Below are positions 22,426-34,000 of a stretch of DNA of 64,000 nt, one piece after another. The notes under the pieces are model-generated. The model had not been told where the DNA came from, searched no databases, and saw only the letters and a list, made by a program, of their open reading frames with translations. Each line of letters starts with the position of its first letter. Position 1 is the first letter of the stretch. The position numbers and the translations under genes were made by a program. Source of the DNA: Caecitellus pseudoparvulus. Its lineage: Eukaryota; Protista; Bigyra: Bicosoecida. The DNA is taken from NCBI GenBank assembly GCA_965644315.1, contig CBFFRQ010000068.1:1240001-1304000 (forward strand), in the 5' to 3' direction.

Positions 22426-24936
22426 CTACCGCTGCTGGTTGTGGGTGAGGGGGGGGTGCCAGGCAGCCCAGGCTCTGTGCAGCTCCTCATGAAGCCATGC
22501 AGCGAGGGCGGACGGCGCAGCCCCCTCCAACAGGAAGTGCGGCACCGGCAGCACAGTCCAGCCAAGTGCCTGACAAGCCAGCTCATGGGCCAGCTCCTCA
22601 GGCTGGGGCGGGTGCAGCAGCTGCAGGAAGGCTGGGAGGGGGGACTGCCCCCCAGTGCAGGTGCTCAGGGCAGCTGCAGCGTGCTCTGCTGCACCAGGAA
22701 TCTGCGCGTCTCCTGCCAACCACGCCGCGTGCCCAGCGGTATCTTGTGGCTGTTCTCGCCACATGGCGGCAGCTTGTGCGCCCACCCCAGCAAGCTGGCG
22801 CGGCAAGGGCACGAAGTGGGAGGGCTGCCGCAGCACGACAAGGCGCCGGGCACGGGGCAGAGCGAACGGCACCTCCCGCCCCGTTGGGCCCAGGACGTTG
22901 ATAACGCCTTCCGCAGGCGAGGGAGCAGGCTCATCCTCAGCTGTCTCTAGCCCTAGGCTGGTCCGCAGTCGCTGTTGCGCGGCGTGCGGCGGCTCTCGGC
23001 TGAGGTCCACACGCACACTCTGTGCCAGCGCAGTGACCAGGGGGCTGCGCGGCGTGGCGGCGTGGCGCTGGTCGGCTCCAGGCCCACACGCCGCGCCGGC
23101 AAGGCACTGCACTGCAGCTTCCAACCGCGCACGGGAGGCTGCCGAGAACCTTGCCCCACCCTGTCCATCCAGCGCACAGTGCACTGCTGCTGCCTGAATC
23201 AGCGCCTGCCACGCTTCAGGGTGGGAGGGCGGCGGCGGCAAGCCGGCAATGCACCGGCGAAGGCTTGCACGCACCTGGCGAGTGCCCCCCACGAGGGAGA
23301 ACACTTGAACCTGCAACAGCTGCAGCGCAGAGTGCCATGGGAGGGTCTCCAGGGCGGCCTTGGCGCCTGGCTGTGTGGCCAGCCACCCCGCGAGACGCCC
23401 CGCAGCGTGTGGCTGCCCCATGCGCAGCAGCGTCCCGGCCAGCTGCACCTGGTCCTGCAGGGCGTCGTGGCTCACGCGAGCCTTGCTCTGTACGCCGGCG
23501 AGAGCTGCCTCCGCCACAGCCTGCACGTCACGCCCCGCCGCCACACACGCTTGCAGCAGGGCGCCGTGGGCTGCAGGCGAGCACGCCTCCATGCCCTGCT
23601 GGGCGATGGAGATGAGGTCAGTCACCAGGGCGTCTTGCATCGCGCCGCCCGAGCCCACATGCGCCAGGCCCCGGGCTGCAAATGCTGCCCCGGCAGGGGA
23701 CACGCCGCCGGCGCGACGCAGCACCTGCCGCAGCCTGTCCAAGGCCGCGCGGCCGGCTACCTGCCCAGGCTGCTGCAAGAGGAAGGCTCCATCCAGTGCC
23801 AGGCACAGCTCCTGCCCCCCCAGCGCCGGAATGTGTGGTGTGAGCGCCTGCAGCCAGGTGGTGGCGAAGTCTCGCAGGCTGCTGCTGTGCGCCGCTGCGC
23901 CCTGGTGCAGTGCCGCAGCGGCACCGGCATGCAGCAACAGCGCACACTGGTGCGGGGACACAGTGTCACGGCAGGCGACAGCAGCGTCCAGGAGCGGCTC
24001 CTCCAGGTGCAGGTCACAGTGTTGGAAAGCTCGGAGGGCGGCAGCGGCACAGCGCACCCGGCAGCGCGTGGACATGCCCCCTGCGTTCCCGCCTGCATGC
24101 AGCAGCAGGCGCCGCAGGCACTCCCGACCCTCGGCGGAGGGATGCACGTGACACAGTCTGGCCAGCGCGTCCAGGGCTGTGCTGACGGCAGGGCCGGACA
24201 GGGCGCTGAGGTCTGCGCGCTGCAGCAGGCGGCACACTGGGCCTGGCGACCCCGCAGGCCATGTCCGGCGCATCTGCGCGGCATACAGCAAGGCGCTCAG
24301 GGACTGTTCATGGGAGGGGAGTCGGAGGCGCGGCAGCATGGCCGGGGCGGCCGCCCACAGGGTGGATGCGTCGCAGCCCAGGCGCTCCGCGGGCAGCAGC
24401 AGGCCTGCCCAAACATCTGGCTGCAGGTGCCTTCGCTGACTCGCAGTGGACAGGGCAAGGTTTGCGATGGAGGCCATGGAAGTGCGCAGGGCTCTGCGAC
24501 TGCTTGCGACTTGGTTTGCCAGCTTCAGGCATGTCAGCAATTGTCGCGGTGCGGCACGAGACCAGGCCACCTGCGTTCTGCACGCTGCTGCAGCGCGCCC
24601 CACCACTGAGACCAGCGGCTTGGGGGGGTGCCTGGGCTGCTCGCGGAGGGAAAATAAGACGCTATTGAGATCCTCGACTGGGCAGGGGGTGGGGGATTCT
24701 TGAAGACGCGAGAGAAGCTCAACAAGGCCTGCGTCGCGTTTCGACTGCGTTTCGGTGTGCACTCCGCGACACCTGCACCCAGCCCACATGGGGAGGAAAC
24801 TGCTGATGAGCGGGGTGTGCGGTGAGCACAACAAAGGGACACAAGGCCAAGCGGGAGCTAGCCTGTGCGTGAGGGCAAGGCCACCCCCTTGCCACAGGGT
24901 GCGTCGAAGCGGCCCTGCCCTCATCGCTGCCGCCAT
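22426..24936 (-). CDS. Helical-repeat protein with degenerate C-terminal RAP domain, probably organellar RNA-binding
   Basis: 836-aa Ala/Leu-rich ORF, Arg-rich presequence-like N-terminus, C-terminal QPSHF..ALGWTVLPVPHF. Confidence 0.6.
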   Translation of the reverse strand: MAAAMRAGPLRRTLWQGGGLALTHRLAPAWPCVPLLCSPHTPLISSFLPMWAGCRCRGVHTETQSKRDAGLVELLSRLQESPTPCPVEDLNSVLFSLREQPRHPPKPLVSVVGRAAAACRTQVAWSRAAPRQLLTCLKLANQVASSRRALRTSMASIANLALSTASQRRHLQPDVWAGLLLPAERLGCDASTLWAAAPAMLPRLRLPSHEQSLSALLYAAQMRRTWPAGSPGPVCRLLQRADLSALSGPAVSTALDALARLCHVHPSAEGRECLRRLLLHAGGNAGGMSTRCRVRCAAAALRAFQHCDLHLEEPLLDAAVACRDTVSPHQCALLLHAGAAAALHQGAAAHSSSLRDFATTWLQALTPHIPALGGQELCLALDGAFLLQQPGQVAGRAALDRLRQVLRRAGGVSPAGAAFAARGLAHVGSGGAMQDALVTDLISIAQQGMEACSPAAHGALLQACVAAGRDVQAVAEAALAGVQSKARVSHDALQDQVQLAGTLLRMGQPHAAGRLAGWLATQPGAKAALETLPWHSALQLLQVQVFSLVGGTRQVRASLRRCIAGLPPPPSHPEAWQALIQAAAVHCALDGQGGARFSAASRARLEAAVQCLAGAACGPGADQRHAATPRSPLVTALAQSVRVDLSREPPHAAQQRLRTSLGLETAEDEPAPSPAEGVINVLGPTGREVPFALPRARRLVVLRQPSHFVPLPRQLAGVGAQAAAMWREQPQDTAGHAAWLAGDAQIPGAAEHAAAALSTCTGGQSPLPAFLQLLHPPQPEELAHELACQALGWTVLPVPHFLLEGAAPSALAAWLHEELHRAWAAWHPPLTHNQQR

Positions 24937-25068
24937 CCTCGCACTTTGTCCTTGGCCCTGCGCTCAAGCACGGTGGCAGCCTGCGACTCCAGCGGTGCGC
25001 CCAGGGCACGGAAGCTGCCTTTGTGTATTTTGAAGTCTGGCGCGAGTGTGAAGGGGGGCAGCCCCGCC

Positions 25069-28000
25069 TCACTGCAGGGCCGCCACAAGGGCCTGGGGCA
25101 GCGGCTGCCCAGGCGTGGAGAGCTCTGTGGCGGGAATGCTCAGCACGGTCCACCCCATCCACTCCAGGGCCTCGCGCCGCCGCTGGGAAATCATGCCTGG
25201 CCGGCGGGGTGCGTTGGTGCGCCACACCCCTCCCCGGCCGCCCCCCTCGGCAGTCTCAGTCAGCTGGCTGGGCGCATCCCACAGCGTGCGCACCACGGAC
25301 GGCGGCACGCCAGCGACGCTGGGCAAGTCATGCAGGCCAGCAGGGTCCTTTTGCTCGGCGCTGGAGTCTGCTGCGCTGAACTGCCGCAGCAGCGTGACGT
25401 AGTACTGGTTTGTGGGGAGCCACTCGGGGCACTGGCGCAGGGCGGCCAGCACCTGTGGCAGGCCGTGAATGTCCTCCCACCGCGTGGCGGCGTCGTGGGA
25501 GAAAGGCGTGTACACCTCCACCGCCAGGCGCTTGGTGGGGAAGACGACGTCTGCCCGGATGCCGTTCACCAGCGTGTGCACCTGGAATGGCGGGATGCCC
25601 TCGGCAGCCTCCAGCACCCCCACCATGGCTGACAGGTGCTGAGGTGTGCTGTGGTGTGGCTGCACCAGCACACCCCGCCCCACACCCCGCATGGGCACTT
25701 CATCTGGCAGGTCTCGCAGCAGCTGCTCCTGCGCCCACTGCTGTGGCTCGAGGTCCGGCTCTTCCTCCTCTTCTTCGGCGGCCGCCGCCAGAGCTTCCCC
25801 GGCTCCGGGCTGCCGCAGCGCAGCTGCCAGGGCGTCACTTGCCTCCCCCCCTGCTGCGTACACATCCAGGTCCTGCCTGGAGATGCCTGCCAGGGGGCCC
25901 TCCTGAATGACGTCCGCATCACCCTGTCCCTCTGCCTCCTCCAGCAATGCTGCCCCAGCCTTGGCTGCAGCCTGCACCTCCTCAGCATCCCACCCCGCGA
26001 CGGGGGGCGCGTCGCCTGTGGCTGCTGCTGTCGCATACGCTGCCTGCAGCTCGGTGTGCAAGTCAGCTGGGACAATGTGTGTGGACCCCGCTACCCAAGC
26101 CGAGGAAACCAGCTCTGCAGTCTGCCACATGTAGGCAGGCAAGGCCTGCACGGCAGCTCGGGCGGCGTCAGCCACCCGTGGCGGCCCAGTGGCAACGAGT
26201 CGCAGCAGGTGGGTGCGCAGGGACAGCAGCAGCAGCCAATCCCGGGGGGAAATGACCACTTGCCGCAGGGGGAGGTGCTGCAACACTGTGCGCATGGGCA
26301 CGCCGGGCCGCATGATGGTGGCAGCGGTGTCCACCGCACTGCTGGGCGTGGCAGACCTGCTGCCGCTTGCCTCCTGCACCCGGTCCTCTGGCGAAGCCAT
26401 GGGCAGGGCCGTCCCGGCGTGCCACGCCACCTCCTCCAGCGCGGGCAGGCGCCGCCGGATTTCACTGTGGATGTCCGGCGGCAAGCAGCCGTGCAGGACA
26501 CGGAGGGCTGAGGGCACCATGTCCAGGAAGTCTGCCGCGGCTGGCCCCAGCTCGCTGCCAGCCTCCCCTGCCTGCAGCAAGGGGAGCGCGCCCGTCAAGA
26601 AGCTCACAATTGCGTGTGCCCTGAACATGTGCTCGGCAGAGTGCTCTGTGCTGTCTGCCACGTACGTCTGCCGCAGAGTGGAGCCCTTTGACCGGTCCGC
26701 GAACTGCTGCCCGTGACCCTGCAGGATGCCATGCATGTGCTCAGCCATGCGCGCCACCACTGCGACCTGCACAGGCTCCGGCAGGGGCAGGGACAACTTG
26801 ACGGCGCTGTTCACGACAGTGGCAATGTCCAAGACAGAGTACTCCTGGATGTGTGCCAGGAGGTACTCGTGGCACCACTGCGTCATGCCGCTGTGCACGG
26901 TGTGTGTGTGTGCCTGCGCCTGCAGAGCTGTGCTCACCTGCCGGGGGGTCAGGGTGCTCGTGGCAGGGGTCGTAGCCAGCAGCGCCTCAGCAACTGCGTC
27001 CATGAGGGCGAGGAGAGGCACTGGGTGGCTGAGGGTGCCTTCTGACACCTTGGACAGCGAGTGCAGCATGGACAGCAGGGTGGGCAGCCCAGCCACGTGC
27101 CGGTTCACGTACACATGGTTGGCCAGCTGCAAGAGGCACTTCCAGCGAGACCGCAGCGATCCATGTGGGTACTGTGCCAGCGCAGCTGCGACCTCGGCTG
27201 CGCCTGCAGGGGTGATGCTGGTGCTCTGCAGGGGGTGTGCGGCAGGCAGCAGCCCGCCATGCGCTGCGTGGGCCTCCCCCTGCGCATTCACCACCTCTTG
27301 TGAGAGGGATGGGACATCCAGCACCATCATGTTGGGCAAGAATGCCGCTGCTGGCTTGCTGTCTGCTTCCTGGTCTGCGGCAGGCAGCGCAGGCAGTGGG
27401 CGGGGCAGTGCCGTCAGCATGTCTGCGCGGTCCAGCACAAGCTGCAGTGCGTTGCTAGACACGCCTCGGTGGAAGCCAGGCAGCTGCGGAAAGGTGCGCA
27501 GCATTCTCCACCAGAGGTCCGACGCCGTGGCAGCGTGCAGGGAAGCCACCAAGGCAGAGGTGAGGGGGGACACCGTGGACACCAGGCGGTACCCCATCTT
27601 ACTGAGTGCAATGATTTCCACCACGTCCAGGGCCCAGCGAGACAGGATGCTGTGCTGCTGCAGGAGCGCCGCTGCTGTGCGCCCGGCAGCGTCCTGGCGC
27701 TTCAGCAGCGTGCGGATGCCTCGGGGGCCGTCCAGGCGCCAGCGGGAGCAGTTCGTCATGATGCTGCCAGACACCTCCTGGTTCGCCTGCGCCAGGGCCC
27801 ACGTGAGGGCGGGCAAGGCAGGGCGCATGGCGGTCAGCAGTGCCCGAAGGTTGGATAGTGGCAGCACCTTGCGGCCGTTGACGATGATGGTCCACACGTC
27901 CACCGGTGCCAGGGAGCCAGGGCTGGCCGCACCCTTGCCCAGCGCCTGGGCAGCGGACGCCGCAGACAAGCTACCCAGGCGTGCCAACATGTAGGAGAAC

Positions 28001-28656
28001 GACGTCTCCACATCGTACTCTTGCACCACACCATCCAAGGAGGACAGGGACACGCTCAGCGCGACGGCGTCCTGGCCCATTGCAGCTTGCAGCGAGCTCA
28101 GCGCGCGGATGCACGTCGCCAAGTCAGCCAAGGCCATAGGCTGCCCTGCCGCAAGGACGTCTGTCATGTGCTGGAACAGCGTCCCGGCACGGGTGTCCTC
28201 CCGCAGCACCCTGCCCACGCCAGGGTCCATGGCTGCCAGCTCGAGCGCGGAGGCCACTGCCTGCACATCTGGAGTGCGCCCTGGCTGCTGCAGCATGTAC
28301 TGCTCCACAATGTCCAGCACGGCGACAGCAACGGGAGCTTGCTTGAAGTGGTCTGCGCCGGCGTTGGGTACAGAGATGCTCCACTGTGGGACGCTGCGCT
28401 CCCCAGCCAAGGCGGCGTTGCATGCCGCTCGGAGCTGCCGAACGAGCTCCTGTGTCGGCCTCTGTTTCGTTGCCTCGGCCCCCACTTCAAAAGCAGACAA
28501 TGCTGCGCCAGAGCTTTTCCTTGTACTGGGCCGCCCCCCTGGCGCGAGGCGGGTGCCTGTGCTGCTCAAGCACCTCGCTGCCTGAACAGCGATGCGGTGT
28601 GGCGCAACTGGGGGCCGAAGCGCCTTGCAGCGGCCAATCAACAGGCAAGCTGCCAT
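25069..28656 (-). CDS. Helical-repeat RAP-domain protein (~1195 aa), probably mitochondrial RNA-binding
   Basis: Presequence-like MAACLLIGRCKALR..ARCLSS; helical repeats (TPRQVSTALQAQA, SVLDIATVVNSAVKL); RAP motif GIRADVVFPTKRLAVEV..RREALEWMGWTVLSIP. Confidence 0.72.
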   Translation of the reverse strand: MAACLLIGRCKALRPPVAPHRIAVQAARCLSSTGTRLAPGGRPSTRKSSGAALSAFEVGAEATKQRPTQELVRQLRAACNAALAGERSVPQWSISVPNAGADHFKQAPVAVAVLDIVEQYMLQQPGRTPDVQAVASALELAAMDPGVGRVLREDTRAGTLFQHMTDVLAAGQPMALADLATCIRALSSLQAAMGQDAVALSVSLSSLDGVVQEYDVETSFSYMLARLGSLSAASAAQALGKGAASPGSLAPVDVWTIIVNGRKVLPLSNLRALLTAMRPALPALTWALAQANQEVSGSIMTNCSRWRLDGPRGIRTLLKRQDAAGRTAAALLQQHSILSRWALDVVEIIALSKMGYRLVSTVSPLTSALVASLHAATASDLWWRMLRTFPQLPGFHRGVSSNALQLVLDRADMLTALPRPLPALPAADQEADSKPAAAFLPNMMVLDVPSLSQEVVNAQGEAHAAHGGLLPAAHPLQSTSITPAGAAEVAAALAQYPHGSLRSRWKCLLQLANHVYVNRHVAGLPTLLSMLHSLSKVSEGTLSHPVPLLALMDAVAEALLATTPATSTLTPRQVSTALQAQAHTHTVHSGMTQWCHEYLLAHIQEYSVLDIATVVNSAVKLSLPLPEPVQVAVVARMAEHMHGILQGHGQQFADRSKGSTLRQTYVADSTEHSAEHMFRAHAIVSFLTGALPLLQAGEAGSELGPAAADFLDMVPSALRVLHGCLPPDIHSEIRRRLPALEEVAWHAGTALPMASPEDRVQEASGSRSATPSSAVDTAATIMRPGVPMRTVLQHLPLRQVVISPRDWLLLLSLRTHLLRLVATGPPRVADAARAAVQALPAYMWQTAELVSSAWVAGSTHIVPADLHTELQAAYATAAATGDAPPVAGWDAEEVQAAAKAGAALLEEAEGQGDADVIQEGPLAGISRQDLDVYAAGGEASDALAAALRQPGAGEALAAAAEEEEEEPDLEPQQWAQEQLLRDLPDEVPMRGVGRGVLVQPHHSTPQHLSAMVGVLEAAEGIPPFQVHTLVNGIRADVVFPTKRLAVEVYTPFSHDAATRWEDIHGLPQVLAALRQCPEWLPTNQYYVTLLRQFSAADSSAEQKDPAGLHDLPSVAGVPPSVVRTLWDAPSQLTETAEGGGRGGVWRTNAPRRPGMISQRRREALEWMGWTVLSIPATELSTPGQPLPQALVAALQ

Positions 28657-28891
28657 TAAAATAGTACTTGGACACGTCGATCGTGCGGACCGCAAGGAGA
28701 CGCTCAGGTGTGTGCGAAGCTGCCACTGGTCAGGGTGCGGAAATTGTATGCTTCGCCCCAGCACGTTTTCCTCTAACTCGTGAGGGTCCGCGGCAGGCGC
28801 GGGGAAAGCGCGACTGGTACAGGGATGTTCCTAAAATGCTCGATACGATTCCGTGAATAAATTGTTCGGGTATCCGTCTTGCCACCGGGTA

Positions 28892-30608
28892 TCATGCCTG
28901 CCCAGCTCGGCTCGCTCTCCAGGCCTGAAGGATCTGCTTGACGAGCGCCCGGGCATGCGCGTGCACCACGATGAGCATCTCATCCTCATCGGCAAATAGG
29001 ACTGGGCATGGGGACTTGGCCGCCATCAACTTCTGCAGCACCTCCTCAAACTCTGCTCGGCTGTCAAAGTCCCGGAGCAGCCCGCAGCTGGTCATGGTCG
29101 TACGTGTGCGCTCCGCCTCCCACGCGTAGAGCTGGTCAGAGACATTCTCGGGAATGTCCAAGCCTTGCTCCTTCATGACGCCATGCAGGCGGCTGCGAAG
29201 GAAGCCGACAATGCTGGTGGCTGTCAGCCCCATGTCCAGGGCCTGCACGACAGAGCGGCGCTTGAGGGTGGCACATGTCAAGTTGGGCAGGACTGAGTCG
29301 ATCTCGGCGCAAAGAGCCAGGAGGGACACTTGAACAGGATCGCTAGAGTACATATACACCCGCATGTTCTTCTCCACCACCACGCTAGAAGGGCTGGCGA
29401 CGCTGCTGCCACTTGTCTCCTCACCTTTGCTCTGGCTGCCTGCGAGGCGAGCGCAGAGGCTGGTCGGGTACACCGTACCGCTCTCAGTCAGTAGCACGAG
29501 GCCCACGACGGCCAAGTCGCGCAGCACCAATTGGGAGGCTTTACTGAGCCCCCGTGCGTCGTATGCCTTGCCTGCTTCGCAGAAACTAAGCTGAAACAGC
29601 AAGCCCAGCACTTCAGGAGCTGCCAGCGCAGCAGACACGCGGGCCTTTGACTTGATGTACTCCCCAACAAAGCTCCACAGCTGCACATGGAGATCCTGCA
29701 GTAAAAAAGCATACCCTTTGCGTGTGATGTGCACGGCTTTGTTCTGCATCACTCTCGACATGACTGTCTCTCTCTCTCGGTGTAGTGTCTGCTCCAGGGC
29801 CTCAGCCGTGTCCCCCTGCCCGTCACCCGCTGCATGTGCACCTGCAGTCGACTCAGAGGGTGCAGTGGAGATGCCTACCATTCGCGCGTAAGCAGCGGCA
29901 GGGGCCTGTTCCGCTCCGCCACTGCCCAGCAAGCCAATGGACACCAACACCACAAGCACTTCAGGAGGGGGCACAGCGCAGCCGGGCGACCCCAAGAGAT
30001 ACGTAAGGATGCCGTTCCATGCCATGCGTGCGTGCGCTTCCACCCTGCCTGGGTCCACAGACCCTACTGTGCTCGGGAGAGGCACGCGCCCTGGAGACTC
30101 TTGGTGTGCTGCGAGGTGTCTGCGGACGTCGGGCCCCAGCTGGATGCAGTCACCCTGGCGCGACGAAGAAGCAGAGACCTCAGCGCTGCTCATGCCAGTG
30201 ACCTTTTTCACAAATCCCACCGTGAGTAGCTGAGCGGCAGAGGCGTGTGCCGTGTAGCGTGGAGTCGACAGCGCGAGGCAGGGGACACGCACGTGTTTTA
30301 ACTGTGACTGCGCCTGCTCTTGGGCATCTGTGTCAGCTTTGAACCACTGCATCACGAAAGTGTCGATCCGCACGCCCCTCTTCACCCCCATCAGCCGCGC
30401 GACCATTCTGTGAATCACGCGAGGGACTTACTGGCGTGAAGAGCCAGCCCTTGCTGCGGCTGTCACCCATAACGCACAGCTTAGCAAGGGGGGAAAGGCT
30501 GTGCAGGACAGCCAGCACCGCCCACTCATTTCGATACAGCAAGTCTTTCTCATCTGGTGCCAGCGTTTCGAGAAAGGAAAAGAGGTCGGGCGCTCCAGGC
30601 GTTGCCAT
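28892..30608 (-). CDS. GTF2H4: TFIIH subunit p52/Tfb2 (3 exons)
   Basis: LY..WAVLAVLHSLSPLAK, ITRKGYAFLLQD..QLW, YPTSL, VVEKNMRVYMY, PNL....R.SV.QAL..G.TA..I..FL, IPENVSDQLYAWEAER.R. Confidence 0.92.
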
Positions 30609-31015
30609 ATGCGGATTTTGCCCCGTCACAAGCCAAGAAACTGGTTCAGGCGCCTGGAAAAGGCAGCAATGCACCAAACAAGATTCGATCAGGGCCGAGG
30701 CAGCGCACAAACTCCTTTGGGAAGACTAGAGACAGGCAAGCGGTCAACCGTTCCAGCGGGAGTTTCCCTTCGGGGGCAAATTGTTGGCGGAGCAGTGGCG
30801 AACTTGCTCCCTCACCTCCCCACCCCCCCCCTCGGGTCGAAGGGGCACTCGCTTGGGTTATGCGCAGAAAACTTATCACACGCACCCTGTGGATCGCGGA
30901 ACTCTGTACTACATCAAGTACCGGACAATCCACCTTGTGTTGCCAGCAACTCCACGCCTTGGTCCCCCTTTCGCCACCTCCAACGATCCGAGAGAGTCGA
31001 CGCTTGATTGACAGA

Positions 31016-34000
31016 ATGGCGGCTTCTGAACGCAGCGGGAAACGCAAGCACAAAATGCGACTGAACAAGTCGGGAAACGCGATCATGCGGACGTCTGAAG
31101 ATGTCATCAAGCGCATCCGGTGAGCAAGACAGCCAGTCCGAGCCAGCGTTCCGCGTCCACCGTGGCACTCGGCTGCCCACGGGCTCTAGTGCTTCACAGC
31201 CATGACCACTTGCTAGAGTGAGTACAGGACGTGGACCAATCACCTCGAAGCAGCGATGTGGCTTACCCCTCCAAGGCCTTGGCCCTGTGCTCGTGCAAGC
31301 TGCCACGGCTCAGCCAACACGCCAACCGGCAGCAGTGTGATTTCCCCACCACCCACAGGACTGAAGACTTCGACATCGGGTTCTTGGACCGCTTCACAGG
31401 CATTCAAGAAAAGTCTTTCGAGGAGTTCGAGTGGGGCGAAGTTGCATTTCACCGCATCTACTACTTCAAGTTTCGGGGCAAGGTGGTCTGGGACCGGCGA
31501 GGAGACACCAGGCTCGACTTGGTATTCGGGTCGAAGGATGGCACGAGCTCCATCTACGACTGGCTTCACCTACCAAAGCTTGAGCGCAGCGTGGAGGAGG
31601 GCACGGCAGAAGAACCCACTCACGCACGCCCTGCGCCAAAGCGCACAGCAGTGGAGGTTGCGAAGGCACCTGCAGTGCATGCCCAACAGCAAGCAAGCGT
31701 CTTGGGTGTGTCCCCTGACATCCCCTTTCATGGTACACTGCTGGGTGCCAGCAGCGACCCCACACGGCCGAACTTCTTCTTGTGCTGGAAGCTGTCCAAT
31801 GACATGCTGCTGGGCAACTTGGCGGAGCTGCAGCTGGCTGCATCAAGAGCTACGCTGGGGCTGCCCGGCTCGGCCCTCGTGCCACCTGGCTGCTTTCACC
31901 TCTCCCTGGGATTCTTGCGCATCACCAGTCCGGAACAGCTGGCAGCAGCTGTGCAGGTGATGCAGGAGGATGTGCCTGGCCTGCTGGCAGCGCATGTCAA
32001 GTCCCGGGCAGCCGCACGAATGCGCTTTGCAGGGTGCGGCATGTTTGGCACGCGCATTTTACACACGCACCCAGTGGCTGACCAGAAGTCCACCCTGGCC
32101 AACCTGTTTGCTTTCCAGCATGCCTTGGAGGAGGCCTTTCGGTCGCGAGGCGTGCCTGTGACGCCTGTCTCCCCTGCAGTGGGGCGCGGGGAGGCGGCCC
32201 CGGCCGGGACCAGCCCTTTCAACGGCTTTGCACCGCATGTCAGCATTGTGCGCATCACGCCCGGCTCAGGCACGGCATCAACAAGGCTGCCATCAAGTCT
32301 GGCCGCGGAGCTGGGCGTGGAGGAGGGGGAGCCGATCGCGTGGGGTGAGGATGTGCTGCGGGGTGTGCACTTGTGCAGCATGAGGGCGCCTCTCGGCGAG
32401 GACGGCTTCTACACAACTGTCGCCAAGGCAGCGCATCCCGCCTTCCTACACGCGGCGCCAGCAGTGACCATTGACCATGCTCCTCTGCAGGCCGCAGGCC
32501 TGCTTCGGCAAGACTCCCTCCCAGCCGACTTGCCAAGCATGCCTCAACTTCTAGCGCAAGTGTCGGACCAGTTTGCACAGGGGGCAGTGGATTCGAGCCA
32601 GCGGACGCACCTGCGAAGCTCCCTCCTGGATCCGGCATCCAGCAGGGAGCAAGTCTTGGCTGCAGCTGAGGCTCTCGGATACGAGCTGTCTGCGAGCCCT
32701 GCAGGCGGGCAAATGGAAGGCACTGAGAGTGGGCCGAGCCCGACGCCTGCAGCGGCAGTGGACACCTTGTCCTTGCCTTTGCCTGGTGTCCCCCCCCCAG
32801 GTGCGTTTCCTGCAGTCGTGGCAGCCGAGGCACGGAGTTCGCCGAGCAAGCATGCATTGACCCCTGCACACCAGGCCGTGTGGCGCTGCGATGCTGGTGA
32901 CGAGCAGCTGGCACAAGTTGAGAAGGTCGTCGTGATCTTGAGGGGCATTCCAGGAGCAGGCAAGAGCACTTTGATCAACGCACTCTCCCGTCACATGATG
33001 GAACAGCACGGGGAAGGCTGGGCCGCGCTGGGCGGCGATGCGAGTGGAGCAGACGGGCGGAGTGGCCAGCCCCCTCAAACTTGGAAGAGCAAGCCCCCCC
33101 TGTGGGTTGTGGCCTCAGCTGACACCTACTTCATCAACAAACACGGGGAGTACGTGCATGACTTCCGGCGACTGAAGGCCGCACACAAGTGGGCCAAGGG
33201 CCTCGTCCGCCAAGCTGCTGACGCAGGTGTACCGCTCATCTTAGTGGACAACACGGCCACACGGGCATTCGAGTACCGCGACTACGAAGAACAAGCACTC
33301 AGCCATGGATACTCCACGCGTATTTTAGAGGTAGCATGCCCCAATGTAGGCGTCGCGCACATGTTTGCCGCCCGCAACACGCATGGCGTCCCTCCCGAGA
33401 AGGTGGTGGAGATGTGGGCTCGCTGGGAGCACGATGAGAGAGGGATGGTCGTGCGCCCCCACGGCATTCTTGCAGACCGCCTCCTTCCCCCTCCGGGTGG
33501 AGAGCAGTGGAAGATGGCCATCGCCAGTGGTGAAATCGACGCTGCCACTGGGTGGCTGCGACCAAGGCAGAATGGCCCAGCAGTTGCCACCTCGGGCCGA
33601 CCCCGCCAAAGCCCCGCACGGCCGCGAGATCCTTCGGACAGCGTGACCTCCCCGATGGCAGGCAGCGGGGAGGTCAAGGACAGCCTAGCTGTGTCCTACG
33701 TTGCACTCTTCCTGCCACACAGGGACCGCCTTGCATTGCTACAAGCCGTGCCACCCGCGTTCTCCAACAAGGTGGTCGCTGAGCATGTCACACTCTGCTT
33801 TGCACCTCCATCAAGGTTCTGGCAAGCGATGCCAGTGGGCCAGTGTGTGGAGCTGGCGGTCACACACGTCGCCCTCAGTGCGACGAACCAGGCTGTTCAG
33901 GTGCAGTGCCAAGACCCTTCTCTGTGCCGGGCTGTCACAGCGGCAGCAGCCAGCGTGCCAGCACACTACACCCGCTTTCACGAACAGCCAGGCTGGAAAT

